DNA of 64,000 bases, taken from positions 30,380,001 through 30,444,000 of the forward strand of contig OX597828.1 in the NCBI GenBank assembly GCA_951406725.2, given 5' to 3'. The first letter of the stretch is position 1. Each line of letters opens with the position of its first letter. Shown here in pieces: positions 26,740 to 40,771 of the stretch. This DNA is from Octopus vulgaris (taxonomy: Eukaryota). Both the position numbers and the translations under genes were made by a program. A model generated the notes under the pieces. It saw only the letters and a list, made by a program, of their open reading frames with translations. It searched no databases and was not told the DNA's origin.

Positions 26740-26990
26740 AACGGGTGGTCTTAAGCAGTTGTCCCTAATTATCCACTTTTGTCATTGATTTTGAGAGAGA
26801 TATTCACACCAGCAGAACATCAGGGCGTACTTATTATGTTTTTCTTGTCTATCGAAAACCAGTATCCGGCCTGTTATGCTTTGATGGCAATGTTCTCTTA
26901 GTAATCATTGTGTCGATGTTTGTGTATGCACTCAATGGCAGGGTGACTCTATATTTCAGGACAGTCTTATTTCCAAACGGTATTAGGTAC
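26740..26990 (-). mobile_element. R4/Dong-like REL endonuclease fragment, frameshifted
   Basis: Minus strand gives KHNRPD..DRQEK and SAGVNISLKINDK, resembling HNRPD...PxDxNIxxKxxEK of REL domains. Confidence 0.5.
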
Positions 26991-27004
26991 TGCACTCGCG
27001 AAGT

Positions 27005-27561
<557 letters not shown>

Positions 27562-28187
27562 ATAGTTTCATATTTACGTAAACCCCAGCTTTAAACTGAT
27601 GTTCAAGTACCCCTCCATCACAAATCCTTCCCTACGACTACTGCAAGATATACACTGATATCATGATGATATAGATAGCATGATGCTATCTATAAGTTTC
27701 TGTTGTACTGTGCGATGTTGGAAGTGATATTATCTAAGCATGAGTAGATAATGTTAACGATGTGGTCTTCAAATATTTCAATATACTTATAGATACTGTT
27801 TATTCCTGAGGAGGACTTCGCTACACGAAATCATGCATACTAAAATGAAGGGTGGATTAAACCACATCACCATAATTGTTGCCTTTACTGGCAAATATAT
27901 ACGCCCAACTACGACCAACACCACAAATAATAATCGCAATATGGTACTTGTCTTGCGGTCAACTAACGAGTGAGAGAGTGAAAGTGTGAGAGAGAGAGAG
28001 AAAGAGAGAGAGAGACAGAAAACGAGCATCTTGTAACTTGCAATAACGACTGCAGTTAATCTTAACTGAAAGCGTGCAATCGATTTGAGTAATTTTACCG
28101 CACGCACACACATCACACACATACATACATACATACATACATACATACATACATACATACATAGAGATAGATAGATATACATATATA

Positions 28188-29014
28188 TACGGGGTATGAA
28201 CAATAAATATCTGGATTGTTACCATAGAAACGAAGTTAAAGCACGCAAAGTAAAGCGGCTTCGCTTCGCACGGCTTGACCTCGAGCTCTGCTGTGCATGC
28301 CTATTAAGTTGTAACGTTCCAGCTCACATCCGCCGTTTACAGTAGTGCTTGAAAGCAAGGTCTGTAGCGAGTGAACCTCGCATTGAACATGACAGAGGAT
28401 GTTGAGCAGAGAATCTGCATCAAAGTTTGCCAAAAGCTTTCCGATACCTGCTCTGAGACCTACGCAAAGTTTTTAAAAAGCTTTCCTCGTTCTAGACACA
28501 ATCAAAGAGATCTTGTGCAGCTGGAACTCGAGTGAAGTTTTGGGTCAGCTGAAAGCAGTTTTGGCACAAACTTGGCAAACACTCATCTCATACCCACTTC
28601 TGCACAACGTCTGATTACTCACGGATGGTGATTCGACAATTACACCTCACTGTTGCTGGTACAACTACAATGTTTATCTCAGTCCTGTTGATTGCGGCTC
28701 TCTCAGAATGTTATTCAGTATCGACATTCTTTCAGCCATCTTGGAAAAGTATGAAACACTTGTGTACTTTTATACGGCTCATACACTCCTCTCCATACAT
28801 TTTCGGCAACATTGTATAGGCCTCTGAACAGGTATTACCATAAAAACTTTCTCTGTCATAGTCAATGGGACGATCACACGCTACACACGTTCCTTCCAAA
28901 CACTGCTGTAAATAGTAGAGTTCAATGTCAATCTTTGCCAAGCGGCATTACTCGGCGTGCTTTAGCCTCATTACTATCGCAACACATATTGACAATACTT
29001 ACTGACCAAACCAC

Positions 29015-29017
<3 letters not shown>
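28188..29017. mobile_element. mariner-derived fold-back element made of two convergent 5' ends
   Basis: Long degenerate inverted termini (TACGGGGTATGAACAATAAATAT..AAAGCACGC vs TACGTGGTTTGGTCAGTAAGTAT..AAAGCACGC). Plus strand MTEDVEQRICIKVCQKLSDTCSETY at ~28389; minus strand MLPKMYGEECMSRIKVHKCFILFQDG and GMR*VFAKFVPKLL. Confidence 0.8.
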
Positions 29018-29095
<78 letters not shown>

Positions 29096-29106
29096 CACAC
29101 ACACGC

Positions 29107-29151
<45 letters not shown>

Positions 29152-29168
29152 CATACACACACACACGC

Positions 29169-29218
<50 letters not shown>

Positions 29219-29697
29219 GCCTGCGTGGGAGTATGTGTGTGCGCGGGTGGTGTTTATATAATGCAGGCCGATCAAAAGTTCGATGGATCTATATTAGAAG
29301 CACGTAACAAAATTGAAGTTATATCGAGATTAGCATATGTAAGAGATTAATTTCACTCTGTTAACTTACTGTCTTTGGTTGTCTGTTTTTCTTTCTTCTT
29401 CTGGGGGTTTGGAATGAACCGTCGAGAAAAAAATAAGAAAATAATTGAAAAAAAGTAAATATCCTTTTAATAATCTTTTCTACGCCTGCGTTTGTCTTTT
29501 CGATACAATATCCCCGCTGTACATTCTGATTTATTTCGTTATATTTCTCGAATATGCTACGTTTGAAAACGGCAGATAGATTCGCTGAAAGTCGTTTTAC
29601 GTATTATTTTACCCTAAACCATTTCAAAATTCATTGCTTTGATCATTCGATATTATAGCATTCATCTTTCTTGCTTTTAATAATCTTATCAATCGAG

Positions 29698-29850
29698 GAC
29701 AGCGAAATGGCTGCATCGTAACCACGCTGAGCTAGGTGCTTAGCGGCAGTTTGTCCGTCTTTGCGTTGTGAGTTTAGATTCAGCAGGTCGATTTTGTTTT
29801 TCACCCCATCATGACAGATAAAATAAGCTCGAATGCGGTCGTATCGATTG
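29698..29850 (+). mobile_element. SINE group A, very old copy
   Basis: GTGCTTAGCGGCAGTTTGTCCGTCTTTGCGTTGTGAGTTTAGATTC..GGTCGATTTTG..GATAAAATAAG. Confidence 0.55.
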
Positions 29851-30711
29851 GTCCTTCTGCCACGAGGTCATATCTGGTTCAATCTCCTAGTACTCGGCCC
29901 GATTAATCATGTTTCTGTCGTCCTTATGTTTGCCAGCAGTTACAGAAAATCTTTTTTAAATCTGCCAAAATTATCTTCCCAAAGTTTATCTCCAAAAAGA
30001 TAAGAGGTAAATTTGAAGAGTCGACGTGGTTTGAATGTACAAAGCAGGAAACTGCATAAAGTATGTAAAATATAATATTATTTTCAAAGAATTCTTTTCT
30101 TCTCACTCTCTCACTCACTCCATTTGTTTGCAAACACTTTGTGTTTGCGCTCTTCTATATAATTAGGTTACTTCAAGCAATTTATTTATACATTATTATA
30201 TTTATATTGACTTACAAATGTATAAAACTGGTTATTTAGACGATTACATGGTAGGAAATGATTGTTGGTACTGCTATTAAAAATCTCTTTAATAATGAAG
30301 ACTATGATGTAAAGAATGCCGAATAGAGTATTAGTTTATAGGCATTTGTGTTAGATATCTTATAATAGCCTAAAACAAATACAGACAACTATTCATTTGA
30401 AGGTAATATTTCTTGTAATATATTAAAAAGGGTAATCTATATACAATGGACATTGGTAAAGTTATTACAAATTCAAATAATAATAGATATAAAATGGAAT
30501 ATATGTAGCGTATGAAAGATGGCTTTTATGATATCAATGGCATATAAACAGGTATATGTCAATGTATGAGAGAATATTTCCATATTTACATGCATATATG
30601 TTAGTACATCTACATAAGTTAAAAAATAAACACGTCACAATACAAATGAAAAGCAACGCACACGTATGCACACACATGCACATAAAAAACAACCAGCACA
30701 ACACATACACG

Positions 30712-30743
<32 letters not shown>

Positions 30744-31082
30744 CATATATAGGCAGTAAGATACATTTCCCTGTGTATCATCCTTTTTTTCCCTATTGTC
30801 CTTTTGTAAAAATAGTTTGAAGATATACTTATTTGAATCTGAAGCATTATCAAATATATACTATATGTTTTTACCCATTCATTATTCATAAATAAACTGC
30901 AAGTCATATATAAAGATCTACAGGTGATTTCTACAACAAAGCAAAATTCTATGACATGAAATATGTATATGTGTACAGACGTGAATGTAAATATATGTGT
31001 GTGAATGTGTGTAAGTATACAAAACACAATAGCAATAAGCGTAAGGACTTGCACGCATGCATATCAATATCAATATCAATAT

Positions 31083-31147
<65 letters not shown>

Positions 31148-31742
31148 AATAGATAGATAGATAGATAGATGGATAGATATACGAATATATATATAAGGAA
31201 TATATATTAATATATACACGAATATGTACATATATGAATATATGTATATATATATATATATTTATATATATACATTCACGGATTCACACTTATACACATG
31301 TATATATATATATATGTGTGTGTGTATGTGTGTGTGATTGTGTGTGTATACATGATGTAGGTAGGCATATGTATAAAGTGAAGCATATTTATAGTGGGTG
31401 GAAGTTATTGAAAGACAGAAAATAATGGGGATTGTACGATGAAGGAGAGTTATGAAATATGCAATAGATAAAGACAAAACTAGGTGAGTGAGCTTCGACT
31501 GCATTGTTGAAGTAGCTCATTTCCTATCGAGGCATATCATCTGGATTTCGATTTTTTGTGTCCTTTCATGCAGTATATCGCAGTTGATGCACGCTTACAT
31601 ATATATAGAGACATTGAGGCAAAGAAATATTGGGAGATAAACACAATATATATTTATATACACACACTTACACATACATATTCATATACAAATACACACA
31701 CATATTTATACAAATTTATGTATATATATACATATATATATA

Positions 31743-31802
<60 letters not shown>

Positions 31803-32374
31803 CATACACATATATTTATGTTTATATGATGCATATCTATGTGTCATACGCACATGCACGTACCAATATAATACCGAGCAAGCGATCATTTTCATGCATA
31901 TTAATATATTATTTCTTCTAACATGCTATTAGTAGCAGAATGAAGTAAAATATGCGACTCATTTTATCCATCAAGAAGAACTATTCACAAGTTATTTAGA
32001 TAAATAGAATTTTCATAATGTATGCAATATTATTTTTCTCATTGATATTATCACTGACTTTTACAACCTCCTGAAATTTCCAGTGTTTTGATATTCGCAT
32101 TTCGTAGTAGGTTAATGGCTTTGTGGAGCCAATATTTGACTATTTGAAATAATATATTGCTAATGAATGAAACGGAACACTGCATTTATCTGTCAACTGC
32201 ATCTAGAAAATTCATGCATACTCATTCTTAAGTCGTCTATGGAAACCTATTTTGGATTTTACTAGATAACATAGAATTTTGGTGGTATTTGGAAATGAAC
32301 TCGTAAATGTGATATGCGATTTTTTAATGTCTTTCTGTTCCGAATCATACACCACCATGCAGAGACACATACTT

Positions 32375-32389
32375 GTATATATACACACA

Positions 32390-32465
<76 letters not shown>

Positions 32466-32510
32466 AATATATATACATACATATTCATATATATATATAT
32501 ATGTATGTGT
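32375..32510. repeat. (CA)n/(TA)n microsatellite
   Basis: Direct repeats. Confidence 0.95.
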
Positions 32511-33669
32511 GTTTCCATACACACATACGTACACACAACAAAATATATGTTTCTATGTGTGTCTTTGTGTGTGTATAGACCTGCAGACATACAAACACAC
32601 ACACACACATACGCATACTCAAACACTCAGATACATGAAAATACATATCTATATATTGTTATGTATATTTCTGATCTATTTAAATGAATTTTTCTATTTA
32701 TTTTACAGCTTTGAGATAAGACATTTCTAAAATATAACGGGTTAATGTAGATGTAAAATATTGCGTTTTCGAAGGTTTTATGGAGACAGCAAAATAAAAT
32801 ACTCAGTGTGAAAATGTATCACAAAAATTCGTTTCTATTAATCGTAGATACTGATTTCTGCAGAAAATGAAAACTTTGCTCAGATAGTGACAAGAGGAAC
32901 AAGAATATATTTTGAGGTTTGGAGTTGGGGTGTCAAATGTTGATAATAGATAGATATAATATTCTATCAATAATGAATTAATACAAATCTCACGAAAATA
33001 ATACTTTAAATATTTTTTATTATACGTTTAAAGGTACCATCTCTAAAAGGTGAGGTCTTTCTGTAGCTGAATATGGGAATTGAATAATCTTTAATGTAGT
33101 CTCAATGACTTTGATACGTGACAATTTTTACTTCCCTTGATAGTTTCAATATCTTTTGTAACTTTTTACCTATGACAATTTCAATGGCCAAACAGCGTTA
33201 TAATGATGATAAAGAATAAAATAAAAAAATATGCGAATTGCAAAAGAAAATGATAATAAATTTACAATGGAAAGTGCTCCAGCATTCTTATATCATAACG
33301 AAATTACAAGAGAAATGAAATGTGATTACACATATCCTTTTTTACCTAGAAGTAAATCATGAAAATCAAACCAAAGCACGCGCATCTTGCAATAAATCAA
33401 TCAATACACACACGCAGGTATCCATATACGCAAATACGCACGTTCGGCCGCAATTACTTACACATCAGTAGTATTTGAATCTTTTGTTGTCAACGGGAAA
33501 ATATAGAATAAAACATTTATTCAATTGGGAATCTAGACACTTGCTGGAGGCAAACTAATTAACAGATCTGAGTTGACTGGGATTTCAAAATTCAATGAAT
33601 TGGTTTGTTCAGTTAGACTCTCTAAACAGGTATATAGATGGCAAAATTTATAATCACAGTACGCTCTCT

Positions 33670-33751
<82 letters not shown>

Positions 33752-34265
33752 TTGCTAGCCATGGAAAAAATTTTTTCGAAAAAGTTTTATCCTATATTAA
33801 ATATAAATTTTTAATATATATATATATATGCATATATATATGTATGCATGTATGTATGTATGTATGTCTGTATGTGTGTATGTATACATTATACACGGGT
33901 GTGTATGATTGTGTATAGAAGAATGTATTAATCAAATAAATTCCAACTTTGATGTTCATGTATTATTTACAATCGTATAATAATATAATATGATGGGATG
34001 ATCGAATACTAAATGTCCATTCTCACTGAACTAGTACTTTCATGCAATAAGGTATGCAGTCCTCGGGTTCATATAATTGTTCACAACAGTCACTCTTATA
34101 TGAACATGAAGATTGCATAGTTTAATGCATGAAAGTCCTAGTTCAATAATATTCTGTCATTTCATTATATTATATTATATTATATTATATTATTAAAAGA
34201 TTGTAAATAAAACGTGAAAAACCAAAGTTGGAATTTCTTTGATTAATATATATATATATATATAT

Positions 34266-34385
34266 CTTCTCTTATTCTTATGATTGTTTCAGGGATTTGA
34301 CTGCGGCTATGCTGGATCACTGACTTTGAGGATTTTAGGCGAACAAATCGACTTAACGACTTATTTATTAAGCCTAGTACTTATA
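34266..34385 (-). mobile_element. SINE group B 3' fragment
   Basis: TGTTTCAG..TTTGACTGCGGCTATGCTGGATCAC..AAATCGAC..AAGCCTAGTACTTA is the reverse complement of the group B tail. Confidence 0.7.
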
Positions 34386-34500
34386 TACACACACATTAAC
34401 ATTATCTATCTATCTGTTTAAGTATGTATGTATGTATGTATGTATGTATGTATGTGTGTATGTATGTATGTATGTATCTATCTATCTACATATATATATG

Positions 34501-34558
<58 letters not shown>

Positions 34559-34561
<3 letters not shown>

Positions 34562-35030
34562 GATGCGAGTGGTAATTCAGGATACTTCGTTTTTAGTTAA
34601 TTATACCTTTAGATTATTTAGTGTATCTTTTTTTTTTTGTTTAGTTAACACTTTTAAGATATCTTGCTAACTCAAGAAATGAAAAGACATGCAGTCATAG
34701 TTGCTATGATGCGAATTACAGTGATTTAGAAACTTAGCAACTCTCTAAATGTTGCAAGAGGATTTGTACACAAAGTTCGGTTGGAATTGGAGGCATGTGA
34801 TGGCAATGTTTCACCTACATCAAACAAAAAGAAGACGTTCACAACACTCAGACACTAAGAGGACACCTGAATTTATACAATATGTTCAAAATATTACCGA
34901 TCAAAGCTCCCTTTCTTTTCTCAATGATGGTTCATGGTGTTCAGTTTTTTTCAGTCTTATTTTTGCTGTAAGGCAGGAAGTTGGTCTATGATTCAATTTC
35001 TAGCAACCGATCTTCACTGAGTGTATCCTT
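34559..35030 (+). mobile_element. internally deleted Tc1/mariner-superfamily element, probably DD37D (maT) type
   Basis: TQEMKRHAVIVAM..LNVARGFVHKVRLELEACDGNVSP..HSDTKRTPEFIQYVQNI is an N-terminal HTH region resembling DD37D transposases. Starts TA|CAGGATG after (TA)n, with a weak inverted end near 35023-35030 followed by (TA)n. Subfamily is inferred because no catalytic triad remains. Confidence 0.65.
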
Positions 35031-35428
35031 CAATATATATATATATATTTTTTTGAGAAGTCATTAGGACAGGAATAATAATGCATGCACTGGTTCAATA
35101 AGAGTGCCTTATTCTTAGGTGATTAGATACATTTCTAAACAACCAACTACGAGTTCGTTTGTGTAATGGGCTAGTTAACCAATCAATGGAGTGTTTGTTA
35201 GTCCAAATATTCATATATTTGCATGTATTTATTTTTATAGACTCCCATACATACTGCTGTTGCTATAGTGTTGCTCCTTTTTACATATAAAGCTACTGAT
35301 ACCAGCAAGCGCATACTTCCAATATACACACATGGACATGCCTACATCTGCATAGTACGTTTGAAGTAACAGTGGCCTTCCAGTTTTGCCATGTATGTTG
35401 TATATTTTTATACAGTATTGGTAATGTG

Positions 35429-35560
35429 TCACTTATGAGGACAGATTCGCGCATATGTCGATGAGCCTGAGGCTGGCTCTGATGTCTTGCAAACAAGACA
35501 TCAGAGCCAGCTTCACTTATGAGGACAGATTCGCGTATATGTCGATGGGCCTGAGGCTGG
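35429..35560. repeat. 48-bp direct repeat pair enclosing a perfect 18-bp hairpin
   Basis: DR 35429-35476 and 35513-35560 (2 mismatches); stem GCTGGCTCTGATGTCTTG (35472-35489), loop CAAA, CAAGACATCAGAGCCAGC (35494-35511). Confidence 0.95.
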
Positions 35561-35915
35561 ATCTGGAGTTTAATAATCTTTCCTTCCATATCTAGCTGGA
35601 AAAAAGTTTGATCAACTTCATCTGCCAACGTTATGAAGTAACTCAAAACTCTGAAAACAATTCTCGGACTTGTAACTTCTCCTCTCTAATTATTTGAGTC
35701 TATGTTATCTGAGTAAGGTTTGCTTTATGAATAGATATGTCTGCAAAATATGGATTGTTTCTCCTGTTTATGCTATGCTATTAGCATTACCTTGTGTTTG
35801 AGAATAAAATTATATCCTTATCTTTCAATACATCTCAATGTTTCTAAAGCAAAGTTTGTTGACTTTCGACGTAAGTTGAATTTAACACACACAGACACAC
35901 ACACACACGCACGCA

Positions 35916-35983
<68 letters not shown>

Positions 35984-36312
35984 ATTGATTGCTAATCTGA
36001 AAATTTTAAGTATGTTTTCTCTTTATATATATATAACGTCAAAACAAATGTTTTATCTCTTCATTTGAATCCTTGTCTCCTTATAAGCGCTTTGGCCAGC
36101 TGACATGTTCCTACCTAAAATATTGAAGTTTAAATTCAAATTACTTAAAAGCAACTGTTTTCCATATTGAGATTCTCTCGAGTTCATCTGTTTATTATTG
36201 TATATATATATATATATGTATATATATACATCGAAATACAATAAAGAAAGACAATTTCAGGTATCATTTTATGTTTGCTCAAAGGGAACACATATTCAAA
36301 CTGGGAGTATAG

Positions 36313-36390
<78 letters not shown>

Positions 36391-37719
36391 TGGTTATACC
36401 ATATATATTTCTTCATAAAATTCCATTCGAAATCAATGTTGGATGACACTGTGTTTTGTCAATAAAAGTCTACGGTTTACACTTAATACGTAAGAAATGC
36501 TAAATCTTCTGTTCATTGACGTTGACAATACCGACGCTGACAGGAAGAAGTTCTACAGATGGGCGTCATTTCATATCAAATATATTTTCTAGACTTTTAA
36601 TATTGCAAGTCGATTCATACTAGATATCTTGATGCTATATGCATACAACATATTCCTGAATATTTTAGAATTGACCACTTATCTAACAAGAAATACAACT
36701 GTTATTTGATGATGGTAAATTTCAGCCCATTCAATATCATAGAATCAAACGAAAATACTAAACCATCAATTTTCTCTCGTCGTCACAATGTCTAACACAT
36801 GCATTTCCACCATTTGTTTATTATCAGCAATTTTAGGTGTTCATTCACATGACCTTGGACATCAAATTTGCAAACAGTAAAATACATTAATTCTTCCTTT
36901 AGCCACATCTGGATTTTTATTTTTATTTTTTTTTTTTTGCTGTATCTTAGATTTAACGTAGAATATCATCGATTAGAAGACATTTTAACAACTTTCGTTT
37001 TAACGTCTCCTAGAAGTACCATTGACATATACTCGAGTGTCAATTTAATGTCTTCACATTGAGCAACCGCAGATATTAAAAGAACATTCTCGCTGTGGCT
37101 TCTTTCCAAACATTCTTGAAACTTTATTCTTCGTTTGGAATGAAACAATTGACAAGCCTACCAACAGTAATTTATTTGTTAGAAACTTCCGTAATAACAT
37201 GGGACATTACAGTAGTTTTTGTGTAGACACTCTAGTATACAGTAGGTATTAGAAAATATCGGAAAGCCATACAGATGACCCGTAATTTTCGGAAGTCTAT
37301 AATTTCTTACGTCCAATAAAACCATTATTACTTTACATAAAACTATTCAAAATAAAATATTGGAGATAAACATATCTAGTATTATCGTTCTTAGTATTTC
37401 TGCAAACTGTGGGTTATTGATTGGCTGAAAGATTTAATATATCTCACTTGAAGGTCTTATTTCCGGTATGGATATAAAAATAAGGAAAACTCTCGTTTTA
37501 CCTCTTACGAGATGAAGTTAACGTTAAATTTGTTCCTAGAATACTGTAAATGCAATATATGATACTTCAATATATATATATATATATATATATATTGAAG
37601 TAGATGTAAATACTAGGCTTTATATGCGCGTACAAAAATTTAAAAAAATTATAAGCGTTATTCAAACAAAAGCGAATATAACAGTAATATTACCATGTTT
37701 TCACTCATCGTATTAGGTA

Positions 37720-37972
37720 GCTATGGAGTCGTGATCAGATATAAACAAGTTACGTATCCATTTGCACTCATGGGACAGCATGGATGTTAGTACTCGAAGG
37801 TGATAGAAAGAGCTACATAATTACTCAGGGGATGCACATTTTTCTTGCTTAACAAACTCCAGCAACATGACAAAGTGTCTTTCTCAAAGACACAACGTAC
37901 CACTCAGTCAAGGAATGAAACTCAATGTCTCTTGATTGTAACCCAGTCACTATAATTACAAGGTCACACACA
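37720..37972 (-). mobile_element. old CORE-like tRNA SINE
   Basis: AAGTGTCTTTCTCAAAGACACAACG..GGAATGAAACTC is the reverse complement of a CORE-like block plus B box. Confidence 0.5.
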
Positions 37973-38139
37973 TGTTTATGAAAACTTCCTAAAGAAACAA
38001 AAACAACATTAATTATAATTTATTTTGAATTTGTTTTTATTCTAATGCAGTGACTTTATAATAAATTTCTTCCAACGTAATCTTTGAAAATATTAAACGA
38101 ATTTATAAAAGTACACACGCCGCTGTGACTCATTCTATA

Positions 38140-38333
38140 TGGCAGAATCGTTAGCACGCCGAGCGAAATGCTTAGTAGTATTTCGTCCTGAGTTCAAATT
38201 CTTCCGACGTCGACTTTGCCTTTCATCCTTTGGGGTCGATAAATTAAGTACCAGTCGCATACTGGCGTCGATCTAATCGACTGGAACCCCTCCCCAAAAG
38301 TTAGGTCTTGTGCCTACAGTATTAAGGGTATTA
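38140..38333 (+). mobile_element. SINE group A (short-tail monomer)
   Basis: TGGCAGAATCGTTAGCACGCCGAGCGAAATGCTTAG..GCCTTTCATCCTTTGGGGTCGATAAATTAAGTACCAG..CCCCTCCCCAAAA..CTTGTGCCTA. Confidence 0.9.
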
Positions 38334-38859
38334 TATGCTTATTAATGACGAGAGTTAGCTTATTAGGAAATAATATAAGCTGGCCTTCCCAAACCCCTTA
38401 CTGAATATTTTTTATCATACTTTTGCTTCTCAGAATTGTGGATTGGGAAAAAAGTTATAGAACATTGGACAAAATAGTCTATCAAATGTCTTCCAGTCGT
38501 TTAGGTAGAGATTGAAGATGCCAACGATTTCTACAACGCCCTTATTGCTCGAAACTCGATAAAATAAAATGTCAGTCAACTACTAATGTCAGTTAAATCG
38601 ATGTACGTCTCCCGCCAAATTTTAGGATTATTAGCCATGCTAGAAGTTATTAAAAATAGCCACAAGGTCACTGCATCGCCAATCAGTTGAGACTTCGATT
38701 TATTCTTTTGCTTTCTTGGATCAAATCTTATCGAATTTAACGATAAAGCTTATATCAATCATAGTGTTTTCTGTTGCACATTATTTTCGTATGGGTCGTT
38801 GAGGACAAAGACTAAAAACATAGGGTGTAGTGGACAGTTAAAGCTCTGTAACAAAGTGA

Positions 38860-39492
38860 CACAGGAAATTTTGTCAAAGCCCAAGGAATCGGGTGAAAGG
38901 AGGATTACATCAGCATTCTTAATGAAAACATGAAGGAATCAGCTGAGAAACTTTAACTCGGCCACATCTGGAAGAACCATTGTGACAGTGATCCGAAACA
39001 TACCACAAAGGAAGTGAAGAAATGGTTCAAAGACAATGACGTCAACGTCCAAGAATGGTCAAGCCAGAGTCCAGGCCTGAATCCGATCAAGGACTTATGG
39101 CGAGGCTTGAAGCCCAGAGTGATGGCTAGGAAACCGACCAACTTGATCCAGCTCGAGGATTTTGCCAAGGGAAATTGGGACAATATACCACAGAAGACGT
39201 GCAGAAAACATTTGGGCACACACCAGAAACATCTAGAAGCAGTTATAAAAAAAAGTATATGCTATTGTATTCAGTAAACCTAGAGTATGAATAATTTTGA
39301 ACAAGGCATTTTTTGAAAATTCACAAATAAATTACCCCTAAAAGGAAGAATTTCTTGAATTGTGTATTGTTAATCTTTCACTTGTTGTTGGTCACATTTA
39401 ATTCATAAACAAACTTGACAAAATGCATTCATTCAATCACAACATAAAAAAACACATACAAATTAACAAAGGTATGAATAATTTTGTGGACA

Positions 39493-39498
<6 letters not shown>
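38860..39498 (+). mobile_element. Tc1 (DD34E-type) transposon 3' half with IR/DR-type right end
   Basis: DSDPKHTTKEVKKWFKDNDVNVQEWSSQSPGLNPIKDLW matches DNDPKH...WPSQSPDLNPIE (E changed to K). Direct repeat GTATGAATAATTTTG at 39285 and 39472; terminus ..GGACAATTG|TA followed by (TA)n. Confidence 0.9.
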
Positions 39499-39567
<69 letters not shown>

Positions 39568-40138
39568 CTGTGTGTGTGTGTGTGTGTGTGCGTGTGTACG
39601 TATGTATGTATGTATGTATGCATGTATGCATGTATATGTTTATCAATTCGTTTTGCAAGATTCCTGATGTGAAATCGTGTGTTGAAACAGATATTGTTGT
39701 ACTTCGGGATGGTCATTTTATTTTATTTAATTTTTTTTTCAAATAAGCACACGGGTAAGTGGAGCAAGGATACAGTTGAAAACGAAAAGTCTTGCTGAAG
39801 AGGTTACAGATGTGTGACGAAAGCTTTGCGGAAAATTGACATGAGTAAAGATAATAAAATATGAACAGTAATTAACGAGTGAAGGAAAAACAGTGCGTGT
39901 GTTTATTTGGCAAAAGGAAAACAATGACCGTCACGAAATAAAACAATATATATGGTTGGAAGATAGATAGATAGACAGCGGAAGAGAAACTGGTATTTAA
40001 ATAAGAAGAAACTCGACAAAAAGATATACAGAAAGAAGCAGCAGTGCTTAAGTAAGTGAGCACTTAGAAACACATACACACACACAAACATGCACACACA
40101 TAAACAACACAAATAGACAGGCAACCATGCATATACAT

Positions 40139-40180
<42 letters not shown>

Positions 40181-40635
40181 ACATTTATATCTATATCTAT
40201 GTTTATAAACATATTCGACCGATGCTGTTGACACACATATCATTTCCTCGCATAGAAAATATGTACGGAAATATCTAAAATTGTGTAGTTCGACTGGTTG
40301 ATTAATAATTTCAATTTCAACGCGTAATCTGATCGTAAATAACGTTTTCATAAACAAAAGACTTACACTCAACTAAAACAGCAGCCATCACCGATAATTT
40401 TGAAATATGTATTTCATATGCAAATAAAGGTAATATTTTATTGAAAGCATCATTTGTACACAATTGTTCAATTTTAGGAAAGAGCAGGGAACATCCGATC
40501 AATTTGTATAGCATTTTAACTTGATTAAATGACAATTAAGGCTATTGTTTTCTGCGTAATATAAGATTTAGTTACCTTCTAGAAGATTGCCGTTGTAAGG
40601 CGTGCTAACGTCTATCCTTTACACCGCCTTTGTCA

Positions 40636-40680
<45 letters not shown>

Positions 40681-40709
40681 AGCAACAACAACAACTACTA
40701 CTACTACAT

Positions 40710-40740
<31 letters not shown>

Positions 40741-40770
40741 CACTACTTATTATTATTATTAATATTATTG
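40636..40770. repeat. (CTA)n/(CAA)n/(TTA)n trinucleotide microsatellite
   Basis: Direct repeats. Confidence 0.95.
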
Positions 40771-40771
40771 T

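Noticed and set aside
27800-27840. CTGAGGA...GAAA hammerhead-like spacing
   Set aside because: Stem II does not pair and there is no stem I or NUH; at most a heavily decayed remnant.
35429-35560. CRISPR-like repeat-spacer-repeat
   Set aside because: Only two repeats, the spacer is a self-complementary extension of the repeat, there are no cas genes, and the context is eukaryotic.
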